Assembly: GCA_977020255.1 (NCBI GenBank)
Contig: CDROCS010000506.1
Location: 1,612,001 to 1,676,000 of the forward strand
Length of the DNA stretch: 64,000 nt
Reading direction: 5' to 3'
Source of the DNA: Obrimoposthia wandeli
Taxonomy: Eukaryota
The position numbers and the translations under genes are program-made. Shown here one piece after another: positions 19,433 through 29,784 of the stretch. Numbering within the stretch: position 1 is the first letter of the stretch; the number at the start of each line of letters is the position of its first letter. A model generated the notes under the pieces. That model was not told the origin of the DNA and did no database searches. It saw only the letters and a program-made list of their open reading frames with translations.

Positions 19433-21418
19433 ATGATTTGGTGTGTTGCACTCTGTATTAGGTTAACAATTATTTTGATTAGCACGACAATAAACACAAA
19501 ACGTATTCCCCTCCAAGATCCTGAAGATGCCCTTGCACTTTTTTCACGGAGAGCGGCCGCGTCAGTATTTATGCTCGTTATTATGACTGGTGTACTGCTG
19601 GCTAATTTATATCACTTGCAGGTATCTGGTTATAGTAAATATGTTGGCCGAGCCAATAATAATCGCATTCGGATCGTGCCTATTCCGCCGAATAGAGGGT
19701 TAATTTATGATCGTAATGGCATACTCTTAGCGAAGAATGTACCTATTTATTCGCTTGAAATAGTTCCCGAAAAAATAGCCGATATAGAACTTACCTTAGC
19801 AAAATTACAAACGTTATTTGAATTAAGTGATGATGATATCAGCGACTTTAAAGAAGCGATGAAATACAGCAGACACTTTAAATCAGTGTCGCTTGTCGAT
19901 CAGTTAACCGAAAAACAAGTCGCTATGTTTAGCGTACATAAATATCAATTCCCAGGCGTTTTTGTTGATGCATTTCTTGAGCGTTATTATCCGTATAGAG
20001 AAAATTTAACTCACATATTAGGCTATGTCGCTAAAATTAATGATCGTGATATCAAACGATTAAAGCAGCAGAATAAATATAAGCAATATCGAGCGACCAG
20101 AACCATAGGTAAACTAGGCATTGAACGATCTTATGAAGACACCCTGCATGGTCAATCAGGCTTTGCCAAAGTGGAAGTCAATAATCAAGGCAGAGTGATC
20201 CGCACATTAGAGACTGTCGCGCCAATCCCAGGTAAAGATATAAAACTAAATATTGATATAAATCTTCAGCTATATGCTAACAAATTACTGACCCAGAAGA
20301 AGATTGACCCAGTAACAGGAAAATCAGTGCTTAAGCATAAACGTGGTGCCTTGGTAGTATTAGATCCAAGCGATGATTCCATTTTAGCCATGGTATCTAG
20401 CCCAAGTTATGATCCTAATTTATTTGTGCATGGTATTTCATCGACAGAATATAAAGCGCTGTTAGCAGACCCTGACCGCCCTTTATTCAACCGCGTCACA
20501 CTCGGTACTTACTCACCGGGTTCGACCGCTAAACCTATGATTGCAGCGGCAGCATTAGCTGAAGGTGTTATCACCCCCGATACCAAAAGAAATGATTCAG
20601 GTTGGTGGCGGATCCCCAATACCAATACCCGAAAGTGGCGTGATGATGTACGTTGGGGTTTTGGCGAAGTGGATATTTACAAAGCGATAGAGAAATCGGT
20701 GAATACCTATTTTTACCCTATCGCCTATGATATGGGGATAGACCGATTATCGGCTTGGATGAATAAATTTGGTTATGGCCTGCCATCTGGCGTTGATATT
20801 AATGAAGATAGCCGCGCAAATATGCCGACCAGAGAATGGAAACGGGCTCATTACAAACAATCTTGGTATCAAGGCGATACCATCCCGATTGGCATCGGCC
20901 AAGGCTATTGGACAGCAACACCATTACAGATAGCCAAAGCGACCTCTGTGGTTGCCAATAAAGGCTTAGTACATCGACCACATATTGTTAACAGCATCAT
21001 TGAAAATAATGTTGATACCCCGATTATTTTTAACGATTTTGCAAAGCTTAGTAGCGTAAAGCCTGAAACATGGAATATTGTCCAAGAAGGCATGCGACGC
21101 GTACTAGTGACAGGTACTGGTCGTAAAGCGTTTAGTCATACAGCTTATGTGGCCGCGGGTAAGTCGGGCACCAGTCAGGTGTTTGGGCTCGCTCATGGTG
21201 AAAATTATAATGCCGAGGAATTAACCGAACGTTTACGAGATCATGCTTTGTTTACTGCCTTTGCACCACTTAAATCACCTAAAGTGTTAGTGACCGCTGT
21301 ACTCGAAAATGGCGGTTGGGGTCGACGTGCTGCGCCTATGGTGAGAAAAATAATGGACTATGTATTAATAAAACCAACATTAGCACCGCAATCAGTGCAG
21401 ACACATAAATCCACTTAG
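19433..21418 (+). CDS. mrdA: Penicillin-binding protein 2 (class B), stand-alone copy; true start may be slightly downstream
   Basis: LFSRRA anchor, PPNRGLIYDRNG, SxxK (STAK), SxN (SVN), KSGTSQV, RDHALF. Confidence 0.9.
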   Translation: MIWCVALCIRLTIILISTTINTKRIPLQDPEDALALFSRRAAASVFMLVIMTGVLLANLYHLQVSGYSKYVGRANNNRIRIVPIPPNRGLIYDRNGILLAKNVPIYSLEIVPEKIADIELTLAKLQTLFELSDDDISDFKEAMKYSRHFKSVSLVDQLTEKQVAMFSVHKYQFPGVFVDAFLERYYPYRENLTHILGYVAKINDRDIKRLKQQNKYKQYRATRTIGKLGIERSYEDTLHGQSGFAKVEVNNQGRVIRTLETVAPIPGKDIKLNIDINLQLYANKLLTQKKIDPVTGKSVLKHKRGALVVLDPSDDSILAMVSSPSYDPNLFVHGISSTEYKALLADPDRPLFNRVTLGTYSPGSTAKPMIAAAALAEGVITPDTKRNDSGWWRIPNTNTRKWRDDVRWGFGEVDIYKAIEKSVNTYFYPIAYDMGIDRLSAWMNKFGYGLPSGVDINEDSRANMPTREWKRAHYKQSWYQGDTIPIGIGQGYWTATPLQIAKATSVVANKGLVHRPHIVNSIIENNVDTPIIFNDFAKLSSVKPETWNIVQEGMRRVLVTGTGRKAFSHTAYVAAGKSGTSQVFGLAHGENYNAEELTERLRDHALFTAFAPLKSPKVLVTAVLENGGWGRRAAPMVRKIMDYVLIKPTLAPQSVQTHKST

Positions 21419-21429
21419 ATAAAAAACAA

Positions 21430-21458
21430 AAAAACCTCCGTGTTATGCGGAGGTTTTT
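21430..21458. terminator. Bidirectional terminator
   Basis: AAAAACCTCCG-N7-CGGAGGTTTTT between mrdA and the convergent small periplasmic protein gene. Confidence 0.8.
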
Positions 21459-21489
21459 ATATTTATTCATTATTCACTGCAAATTAAGA

Positions 21490-21906
21490 TTAAGGTGTAA
21501 ATACTACTTTTACACTGTCATCCACTTCTGACGAGTCAATATAAGCAATCGCATTGGCATGTGATGCTACTTGGCTTTTAATCAGTGCTGATGAGCCTAT
21601 AGTCTTTGGCGGTTTACCTTTACCGGTAAACACTAAACGTGACCAATAAGCTTGTAGTTGTGAATCACTTTTCCCAGTCACACCCGAATGGAATTCATCA
21701 CGAATATCACTGCCTGTTGCTTGCTCAATAATTTGTGCTTTAGCGCCATTAGGTAATTTTTTCGACTTACCTAAATACAGTTTAGATACTTGTGATTTCG
21801 ATAATGTATCAGGACCTGTTGGGTTAGCAATAACCACAACACCAGCTTGTGCTACACCTGAAATTAATGCTGCTGTTAAGGCAACTTTAGCTAATAGTTT
21901 CATCAA
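21490..21906 (-). CDS. Small periplasmic protein, single-lobe binding-protein-like (copy 1)
   Basis: Signal peptide ending AQA, VVVIANP, KLYLGK, YWSRLVFTGKGKPP, NAIAYI; only 138 aa. Confidence 0.75.
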   Translation of the reverse strand: MMKLLAKVALTAALISGVAQAGVVVIANPTGPDTLSKSQVSKLYLGKSKKLPNGAKAQIIEQATGSDIRDEFHSGVTGKSDSQLQAYWSRLVFTGKGKPPKTIGSSALIKSQVASHANAIAYIDSSEVDDSVKVVFTP

Positions 21907-21914
21907 AGTTCTCC

Positions 21915-23054
21915 TTAAAATACTGCATCAAATGACAGTGTGTAAACCAATGTATCGTCGTTCTGACCAGCAATGTTTGGAGTCAAACCACCAGAGGTAT
22001 CACCAAAATCAGTTGCGTAAGTGACATCCGCTTTTAGTGCTAGGTTTGAGCTGATGTCATAACGCGTACCGATACTGTAAGCATTTCGCTTCCAATCAAA
22101 GCTTGGTTTGTATACAGTATTTCTCTCACTATCATCGGTCGTTTCAAGAAAAGCATAAGTCACATAAGGAGTGAAATCACTAATACGGTAACCTAGGGTA
22201 ATATAACCAGATTGAGTATCTGCATAATCACCTTCTACATCAGAAACGGCAAACTCTGAGATCGCAAGTAATGAACCGTTATCATAACTCAAACCAACAC
22301 CAGCAAAATAAGCATCTTCTGTATCAAAAAAGGTTGATCCGTCTTTACTATCAAGTGTTGTTTGGTAATACGTCGTGCGGAAAACCCATTCTTCATAAGC
22401 AAATGATGCTGAAGCGCCGAGAATATCTTTGTAGTCTACTTCGCCAAGCGCACCCGTGTCTCGGTCTGCATGACCATAACTTGCTTGCAGTGTGACTGCT
22501 ACATCACCCAAATCAAAATCATAAATAGCATCAATACCATCAAACGATGATAGTGGCACAATACTGTAAAGTTCACTTGGCGGGTTAGCCCAAGGTTGTG
22601 CGTAACCCACTTCTAGATAATCTGAATACATATACAGTGGTACACGTAAACGACCGATACGAGTAACAAAACCGTTATCAAAATCATGGCTTAAGAACGC
22701 CCATTCCATTTCGGTAGACCAATCATCACTACCACGAGCAACAAGCTGAGCAACAATTTTGGTTTGCTCTGTTAGTGCAAATGAACCTTGCAGACCAAGT
22801 TTACTGCCTTCAGAGAAATCGGCATCTTTATCATAGCCATTATATCCCGCATCATTATTTGCAATACCGACTTTACCAGTGAAGAAACCATTGATAGTCA
22901 TCCGATCAGATAGCGAATCATAAGAGCTCGCTTCCTTTAATATCGCTAATTCTTGCTCAAGTTGTGCCAGACGCTGTGCATCTGTTGTCGCAGCCATCGC
23001 AAATTGCGATGCACAAGCAACTGCAAGAGGTAGCATTATAAATGCTTTTTTCAT
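21915..23054 (-). CDS. Outer-membrane beta-barrel / porin-like protein (copy 1)
   Basis: Signal peptide, short N-terminal coiled coil, amphipathic strands, GRLRVPLYMYSDY, C-terminal BAM motif YTLSFDAVF. Confidence 0.8.
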   Translation of the reverse strand: MKKAFIMLPLAVACASQFAMAATTDAQRLAQLEQELAILKEASSYDSLSDRMTINGFFTGKVGIANNDAGYNGYDKDADFSEGSKLGLQGSFALTEQTKIVAQLVARGSDDWSTEMEWAFLSHDFDNGFVTRIGRLRVPLYMYSDYLEVGYAQPWANPPSELYSIVPLSSFDGIDAIYDFDLGDVAVTLQASYGHADRDTGALGEVDYKDILGASASFAYEEWVFRTTYYQTTLDSKDGSTFFDTEDAYFAGVGLSYDNGSLLAISEFAVSDVEGDYADTQSGYITLGYRISDFTPYVTYAFLETTDDSERNTVYKPSFDWKRNAYSIGTRYDISSNLALKADVTYATDFGDTSGGLTPNIAGQNDDTLVYTLSFDAVF

Positions 23055-23306
23055 CTAAAATCTCCTTATCCTAAAACACGTTAGTCCATTTTGCATTTAT
23101 TCAAAATTGGTCCTACAAGATTACATTATCGTTAACAATCTTATAACTTAGTATGACGGTATTATTCCTAGTTACATATTTTGTTTTGTAGATCTAAATC
23201 ACATTATGACAAATTGTTATCTAGCTACGGTTGTTTAGGTTGAACTTTCATTCTAAGCAGTAATCTATTAACAAAATTGAAACATTGTAAATACCTATTA
23301 TGTTAT

Positions 23307-23335
23307 AAAAAAATACCGAGCCTATAGCTCGGTAT
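23307..23335 (-). terminator. Terminator after second porin-periplasmic protein pair
   Basis: ATACCGAG-N7-CTCGGTAT with an A-run on plus (U-run on minus). Confidence 0.65.
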
Positions 23336-23363
23336 CATTGCAATCTATCATTCAGTTCAGTTA

Positions 23364-23777
23364 TTAAGGTTTAAATACCACTTTCACTGAAGCATCAAGA
23401 TCCGCTTCATCAATATAACCAATCGCGTTAATATTCGATGCGACTGAGTTCTTAACTGATGCTGACGAACCCAGTGACTTTGGCGGTTTGCCTTTACCTG
23501 TAAATACTAAGCGTGACCAGTATGCTTGTAACTGCGCATCACTTTTACCTGTGATTGAGCCATGAAAATCGTCACGAACAGCGCTACCTTTAGCTTGCTC
23601 TAGTACGCTCGCTTTACTGCCATTCGGTAATTTTTTAGATTTACCCAAATATAGTTTTGATACTTGAGATTTTGATAATGCATCCGGGCCACTTGGGTTA
23701 CCAATAACCACAACACCCGCTTGAGCAACACCAGAAAATAATGCCGTTGTTAGCACCACTTTAGCTAATAAATTCAT
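23364..23777 (-). CDS. Small periplasmic protein, single-lobe binding-protein-like (copy 2)
   Basis: 103 of 137 residues identical to copy 1 by manual count; same motifs. Confidence 0.75.
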   Translation of the reverse strand: MNLLAKVVLTTALFSGVAQAGVVVIGNPSGPDALSKSQVSKLYLGKSKKLPNGSKASVLEQAKGSAVRDDFHGSITGKSDAQLQAYWSRLVFTGKGKPPKSLGSSASVKNSVASNINAIGYIDEADLDASVKVVFKP

Positions 23778-23788
23778 TATTCTATTCC

Positions 23789-24970
23789 TTAAAATACTGC
23801 GTCAAATGAGATGGTGTAAACGATAGTGTCGTCGAACTCTTGGGTGTTAGCGTATGTAGGGCTAACATTTGATGCTAACGCCCCCGTAGTATCACCAAAG
23901 TCACCAGCGTAAGTCACATCTAATTTTAATGCTAAGTTAGCGCTAATATCATAACGCGTACCGACGCTATACGTGCTGCGCTGCCAAGTTAGCAACGTAG
24001 TATCTGGTTCACTTGTAACTCGTTTTTCATCATCCGTAGTTTTTAAATATGAATAACTCACGTAAGGCGTAAACGCCTCTATACGGTAACCCAGTGTGAT
24101 ATACGCAGACTCAGTATCAGAATAAGCACCTTCCACTTTTGAAATGGTATATTCAGAAATCGCAATTAATGAACCGTTATCATAGCTGACACCTGCACCA
24201 ATAAATTGGCCTTGATCATTTTTAAATGCGCCTAATAGAGGCAAGCCAGTATCTGCAGAATTTAAATCAGTTTGGAAATAAGTACCGCGGAATACCCACT
24301 CTTCATAAGAAAGCGTTGCAGATAGACCCGCAATATCGCTAAACTCAACATCAGTACCTACAGAGTTATCTTCCTTAGATGACTTGTCGCTACCATAACT
24401 TGCTTGCAATGCTAATATCGCATCACCTAGGTCATGCTGGTAAGTAACATCAACACCATTGAATGAAGTAATAGGTGCGATGGTATAAACGTCAGCAGGC
24501 GGTGTCGCCCAAGGCTGTGCATAGCCCACTTCTAAAAAGTCTGAATACATATATAACGGTAAACGTAAACGACCGACACGAGCAACAAAGCCGTTGTCAA
24601 AGTCATGGCTTAAAAAAGCCCATTCCATTTCCGGCGTCCAGTCATCGCTACCACGGCCAACTAGCTGTGCAACAATTTGAGTTTGATCAGTTAACGCGAA
24701 TGTACCTTGCAGACCCAATTTACTGCCGTCAGCAAAGTTAGGCGTTGTCGTGGCATTATCAAAACCAGCATCATTATTAGCCGCAACCATTTTGCCGGTA
24801 AAGAAACCATTAATAGTCATACGATCTGACAATGAATCATAAGAACTCTGCTCTTGTAACATCGCAAGTTCTTGTTCAACTTGTGCTAGGCGCTCTGCGT
24901 CCGTTGCTGCGTAAGCAAATTGCGTTGCACAAACTGCAGCCAGTGGTAACAACGTAAATACTTTTTTCAT
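23789..24970 (-). CDS. Outer-membrane beta-barrel / porin-like protein (copy 2)
   Basis: Paralog of 21915-23054; shares SSYDSLSDRMTINGFFTGK, MEWAFLSHDFDNGFV; ends YTISFDAVF. Confidence 0.8.
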   Translation of the reverse strand: MKKVFTLLPLAAVCATQFAYAATDAERLAQVEQELAMLQEQSSYDSLSDRMTINGFFTGKMVAANNDAGFDNATTTPNFADGSKLGLQGTFALTDQTQIVAQLVGRGSDDWTPEMEWAFLSHDFDNGFVARVGRLRLPLYMYSDFLEVGYAQPWATPPADVYTIAPITSFNGVDVTYQHDLGDAILALQASYGSDKSSKEDNSVGTDVEFSDIAGLSATLSYEEWVFRGTYFQTDLNSADTGLPLLGAFKNDQGQFIGAGVSYDNGSLIAISEYTISKVEGAYSDTESAYITLGYRIEAFTPYVSYSYLKTTDDEKRVTSEPDTTLLTWQRSTYSVGTRYDISANLALKLDVTYAGDFGDTTGALASNVSPTYANTQEFDDTIVYTISFDAVF

Positions 24971-25442
24971 CCATCAATCCTAGGTAAATAGCCAATAATC
25001 ATATTGTTTTATCAATTTTACTAAACATTGATAAAAACCAATAAAACCAATTTAAACAATACCTTATACTAACACAGTCACCGTAATTAGCGGAAATGAC
25101 ACACGCTTACAAATATGTAGAACAATCACTCTAATCGATGAGTAAGCGAGCGTTAAACATATAAGTAATTGAAGTTAGTCCTATGTAGGTTAATGAACTC
25201 AGAATCAATACTACTTAATAACCTAACAAAGCTCCGACTTTGTAGCCGTATTGTGAGTTACATCAAAATAGAATTTAAGGATAACGAAACAGGAAAGAAG
25301 GAAAAATAAGTCAGCTGGAATATAAATAGCTAAAGATAGCTTTGTGGCAGGGATACTCTATCCAGTATCTAGTAGCAATTTGCTTGCTCATAAAATTTCT
25401 CTCCTTAGAAATCTCGTGTAGCAAGCAAATTGTCGTTATTGA

Positions 25443-27062
25443 CTACACACTAAATTGATTTGTTGCTTGTCGTAATTTTTGTGTGGCAGCTTCGATAGCT
25501 TGTGTGATCTCGTCGAGTACTTCGGTATCTTCAGATACTTGCGTTGCTATCGAATGCGTTTCATCGATATAACCATGTATCATTTTTGACGTTTGAGCCT
25601 GCTCTTCTGTAGCAGAAGCAATTTGCTCATTGACTACGTTGATGGCTTCAACTTTAACCGAAATACTTGTCAGTGAATCACCAGCACTAGATGACTGCTC
25701 TACGCCCATATCCGCTTTACTCATCCCACGTTGCATCGCTTCCACAGCTCCTCGTGAAGCACGTTGCAATTCTTCCAATACTTGTTGGATTTCTTGAGTT
25801 GAGTCTTGGGTACGAGATGCTAAGGTTCGAACTTCGTCAGCAACTACCGCAAAGCCTCGTCCTTGTTCGCCCGCACGTGCCGCTTCAATAGCTGCATTTA
25901 AGGCTAACAAATTGGTTTGATCGGCAATACTGCGGATAGTATCGAGGATCAGCCCAACATTGCTAGTATGAGAGTCTAATTCGTCGATCACTTTTGAAGC
26001 TGTTTTTACTTCATCAGCCAGTTCGTGTATGGCTTCAATGGTCTTTTTAACAACCACGGTTCCGGTCTCTGCTTCGCTGTTTGCGCTGCTTGCTTCCGCA
26101 GAAGCATTAGATGCATAATCAGCAATATGCCTGACCGTTTCGAACATTTCATTCATCGAGCGAGAAACCTGGTCAATCGACTGACTTTGCTCTTGAATAC
26201 GAGATTTAGACGTACAGCTTGATGTTGCTAATTGCGTCGATGCTTGTGATAGCGAATCGATTGAATTAATGGTTTCGCTAATACTGCTATGCAGCTTATC
26301 TAAAAACTGGTTAAACCAATGAACCAAGTCACCCACTTCATCTTTATTTGCGTAATCAATACGTACCGTTAGATCACCGTCACCTTGCGCAATTGCTTGC
26401 AATGAATCAGATACTTTACGGATACTGCCAGTGATCGATACAGTCAGCCAATAACACACAGCCAGTACTAAAATAATCACACCGACACCTAACATCACAC
26501 CGCGGTTACGACTCTTATCAGAGCTCGCTAATGACGTTTCAATCAAGGCGGTGAAGTCTGCTTGGCTATCTTCTTTAAACTTACCGAGGTCAGCTAATAA
26601 CTTTTCTAAGTTAAGGCTATTTGTTTCAGCCAAATTAGACAAGTTATCCATAGATATAGAACCACTGATCAAGCCATTGGCTAAATATTTAGCAGAGTTG
26701 TAATACTCTTTAGCTTCACTCTTAATTAACAATAACTCGCTACGTTTATCCGGGTGGATAGAGTTAATAAAATCTAATTGGGTAATCAGGTCTGCATAAA
26801 CCTCATCCGCACTTAGCAACATATCTTCATCACCTATGGTGACAGATGTTTCAATTGCTTGCGTTATTTCAGAAATTTTACTATTACTGATCGTGGCGGC
26901 TTCAAGTACTGGATAATAAATGGCAGACAGTTGTGATAAACGTTCTTTATTTTCTTTCACCACCAGAATATTGGCGAACAGATAAGTTAAAAAACCCACG
27001 ACAACAACCGCCGAAAGAATACCGATCTTATGCTTGATTTTTAGTTGGGTGGAGAGTCCCAT
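25443..27062 (-). CDS. Methyl-accepting chemotaxis protein
   Basis: TM1, helical periplasmic domain, TM2, HAMP ([15 protein letters not shown]), hairpin tip [34 protein letters not shown]. Confidence 0.95.
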   Translation of the reverse strand: MGLSTQLKIKHKIGILSAVVVVGFLTYLFANILVVKENKERLSQLSAIYYPVLEAATISNSKISEITQAIETSVTIGDEDMLLSADEVYADLITQLDFINSIHPDKRSELLLIKSEAKEYYNSAKYLANGLISGSISMDNLSNLAETNSLNLEKLLADLGKFKEDSQADFTALIETSLASSDKSRNRGVMLGVGVIILVLAVCYWLTVSITGSIRKVSDSLQAIAQGDGDLTVRIDYANKDEVGDLVHWFNQFLDKLHSSISETINSIDSLSQASTQLATSSCTSKSRIQEQSQSIDQVSRSMNEMFETVRHIADYASNASAEASSANSEAETGTVVVKKTIEAIHELADEVKTASKVIDELDSHTSNVGLILDTIRSIADQTNLLALNAAIEAARAGEQGRGFAVVADEVRTLASRTQDSTQEIQQVLEELQRASRGAVEAMQRGMSKADMGVEQSSSAGDSLTSISVKVEAINVVNEQIASATEEQAQTSKMIHGYIDETHSIATQVSEDTEVLDEITQAIEAATQKLRQATNQFSV

Positions 27063-27331
27063 TTAATACCTCTGTAGCGTTTGTAAGTTAGTTTGATATA
27101 TGATGACAATACCAATTCAGTCCCTTTGATCTAACTTATAGACCGGACAATATCCTCAAATTCTCTAATATCATATCGGCCTTAAAATTAAAATCATGAC
27201 CCTTTTCATTGATTTTTTTCTTAAACCGTTAGCATTAGTATATTTATACTACCTGAATAAATTATCCCAAACGAGCATCATTAATTAATTAATTAAGATG
27301 TTCTTATAATTCATTTTTTCATACAAAAAAA

Positions 27332-27360
27332 AAGCTTATTATATAAATCATAATAAGCTT
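27332..27360 (-). terminator. Terminator after dusA
   Basis: AAGCTTATTA-N9-TAATAAGCTT preceded by an A-run on plus. Confidence 0.55.
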
Positions 27361-27473
27361 TATCGTTTGAAATATTACATTAACACCTTGGTATTCAGGC
27401 GTTAATGTTTTATTTTTAGATACTATTTTCGGCGCTGTTTCAGTCGTAGCATTGTCGCTTTTTAGTACTCAAT

Positions 27474-28502
27474 TTAGTTTCTTGGCACTAACAATAGCGC
27501 AGCTTGAACAACTTCAACACCTGCGCCTTTTTTATGGCCTTGCTCACTAAGATGACGCTTCCACGCTCTTGCACCCGGTAAGCCAAGAAATAAACCCAGC
27601 ATATGGCGATAAATATGCGTTAAGCTGCCGCCGTTACGAATATGGTTTTCAATATACGGTAACATCAGTTCAGCATAATCATGACGGCTTAGCGTTGATT
27701 TTTCTGCGCCGTAAACCAGCTCATCAATCTGGCTCAGTAAGAAAGGGTTATGATACGCTTCACGCCCCATCATCACACCATCAACATGGCCTAGGTGTAA
27801 TTGCGTTTCTTCTAGTGTTTTAACGCCGCCATTAATACCGATAAATAGCTCAGGAAAGTCCTGCTTAATATCGTAAACGCGTTGATAATTCAGTTCTGGG
27901 ATCTCACGATTCTCTTTCGGGCTTAAACCACTTAGCCAAGCTTTGCGCGCATGTAAGGTAAAGTCATTACAACCCGTAGCTGCAACCGTCTCGATAAACG
28001 TTTGTAAAAATTCATATGAATCTTGATCATCAATACCAATACGGGTCTTAACGGTAATTGGTATATCAACAACATCCTGCATCGCTTTAACGCAATCCGC
28101 CACCAGCGTGGGTTCAGCCATTAAACAAGCGCCAAACTTACCACTTTGCACACGGTCTGACGGACAACCCACGTTTAAGTTAATTTCGTCATAACCGCGT
28201 TCTTGAGCCAGCTTCGCACTTTGTGCCAGATCGATTGGATTACTACCACCCAGCTGTAACGACACAGGGTGCTCTTCTTGGTTGTAAGCAAGGTAATCGC
28301 CACGTCCATGAATGATCGCGCCTGTAGTGACCATTTCGGTGTACAACAAGGTATTTTTGGTTAACAAGCGGTGGAAGTAACGGCAATGACGGTCTGTCCA
28401 ATCGAGCATTGGGGCAATAGAAAAACGCCCAGGGGCATGAACACTGGTAATAACTGGCTTGGTCATTGCTTTATTATCTCTTATCTGGATGCGAAAGCGC
28501 AC
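27474..28502 (-). CDS. dusA: tRNA-dihydrouridine(20/20a) synthase DusA (start probably a few codons downstream, MTKPV)
   Basis: [49 protein letters not shown]. Confidence 0.96.
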   Translation of the reverse strand: MRFRIQIRDNKAMTKPVITSVHAPGRFSIAPMLDWTDRHCRYFHRLLTKNTLLYTEMVTTGAIIHGRGDYLAYNQEEHPVSLQLGGSNPIDLAQSAKLAQERGYDEINLNVGCPSDRVQSGKFGACLMAEPTLVADCVKAMQDVVDIPITVKTRIGIDDQDSYEFLQTFIETVAATGCNDFTLHARKAWLSGLSPKENREIPELNYQRVYDIKQDFPELFIGINGGVKTLEETQLHLGHVDGVMMGREAYHNPFLLSQIDELVYGAEKSTLSRHDYAELMLPYIENHIRNGGSLTHIYRHMLGLFLGLPGARAWKRHLSEQGHKKGAGVEVVQAALLLVPRN

Positions 28503-28651
28503 TTAATGTAAGTATGCTATATCGTGAACTTATTTAAAATCTGCGTTACAACGTCGCCGCAGCCACGAAAAACAAGGTGGCGATCATACACCCTGAGAGC
28601 AGTACTTTCAAAAATAAAGATCGCCCTCACCTATTTACTCATATCAGCAAC

Positions 28652-29557
28652 TCATTTTAGCTTTAATGCATCGCCATAGATCGTAATAACAAAATCCAGA
28701 AAAGCTTTAACCTTCGGTATTTTAGCGCGATGGCGTGGATATAAAGCATAGACATCGACAGACTCCATCCCCCAATCTGGAAGTACACGTATTAACTGCC
28801 CTGAAGCCACTTCTTCACGGCTCATATAATCGGGCAATACCGCAATGCCTAAACTATCCACTAAAGATTGTTTAAGAATAGCGAAATCATCCACCAATAA
28901 CCGCGGTTTACAGTTAACGCTAAAAGCCTCACCCGCTGTCGACACTAAATTGAACGAGGGATCATTGTTCGTTGGGTTCATCACCAATAATTGATGCGCT
29001 AACAATTCGGTTACCGCTTGTGGTTTGCCATGTTTGGCCAAGTAAGCGGGACTAGCAAATAGCGAGCGCGTGGCTGTACCGAGTTTTTTAGCAATCAACA
29101 TCGAATCTTCTAAGCGGCCAATGCGGATCACCACATCAAACCCTTCTTCGATGAAATCAACACGTCGGTTAACTAAATTAAGTTGCACGTTTAACTCTGG
29201 ATATTGATGCATAAAGGTCGCTAAAGCCGGTCTTAATATCTGTTGCCCTGTCGATATTGATGCACCAATTTTTAATTCACCTTTATAGCTATGCAGTAAT
29301 TCCGAAACCGATGCCTTGGCTAAGTCGAGTTCTTCATGTACTCGCTTACAATGTACTAAATAGCGTTTACCCGCTTCAGTTAAATGCTGTGAACGCGTCG
29401 AACGTTCTAATAAGGTAATATTTAATTGCTGCTCTAACCGTGACACCTTACGGCTCACATTAGCTTTGGGGATACTGAGCCTGTCTGCTGCAAGAGTAAA
29501 ACTGCCTGTTTCCACCACAGCTAAAAACACCATCATGTCGTTTAAATCATTTTCCAT
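28652..29557 (-). CDS. LysR-family regulator (CrgA/DmlR-like)
   Basis: LNDMMVFLAVVETGSFTLAA HTH, VDFIEEGFDVVIR, KVKAFLDF; divergent from pirin. Confidence 0.93.
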   Translation of the reverse strand: MENDLNDMMVFLAVVETGSFTLAADRLSIPKANVSRKVSRLEQQLNITLLERSTRSQHLTEAGKRYLVHCKRVHEELDLAKASVSELLHSYKGELKIGASISTGQQILRPALATFMHQYPELNVQLNLVNRRVDFIEEGFDVVIRIGRLEDSMLIAKKLGTATRSLFASPAYLAKHGKPQAVTELLAHQLLVMNPTNNDPSFNLVSTAGEAFSVNCKPRLLVDDFAILKQSLVDSLGIAVLPDYMSREEVASGQLIRVLPDWGMESVDVYALYPRHRAKIPKVKAFLDFVITIYGDALKLK

Positions 29558-29784
29558 GTTATCAACGCCCGTCCCTTTTTATTAAATTGCTGCTGAAATT
29601 GTTGCTTAAATTACTATTGAGATTACTTTTTATATTGTTGTTGAATATGGAATTATCATATCAATAAGTCACTGTTTATCAAACAACCTTCATGCCCTAT
29701 TATTAATTTCAACAACGCGGTGTTAACAACCACACCAAATAACTTCCGCGTAAATAATACCAAAACAAAACAACTCAAAAAAAC

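Noticed and set aside
21490-21906. PstS / phosphate ABC transporter call for the small periplasmic proteins
   Set aside because: Half the expected size, no pstCAB nearby, and no clear Pho box noticed.
25041-25320. c-di-GMP-I riboswitch upstream of barrel 2
   Set aside because: The GGCAAAC...GAAA...GACGCAAAG core is not found on either strand.
28380-28440. Active dusA-integrated island
   Set aside because: No integrase and no second copy of the dusA 5-prime att sequence seen in the window.
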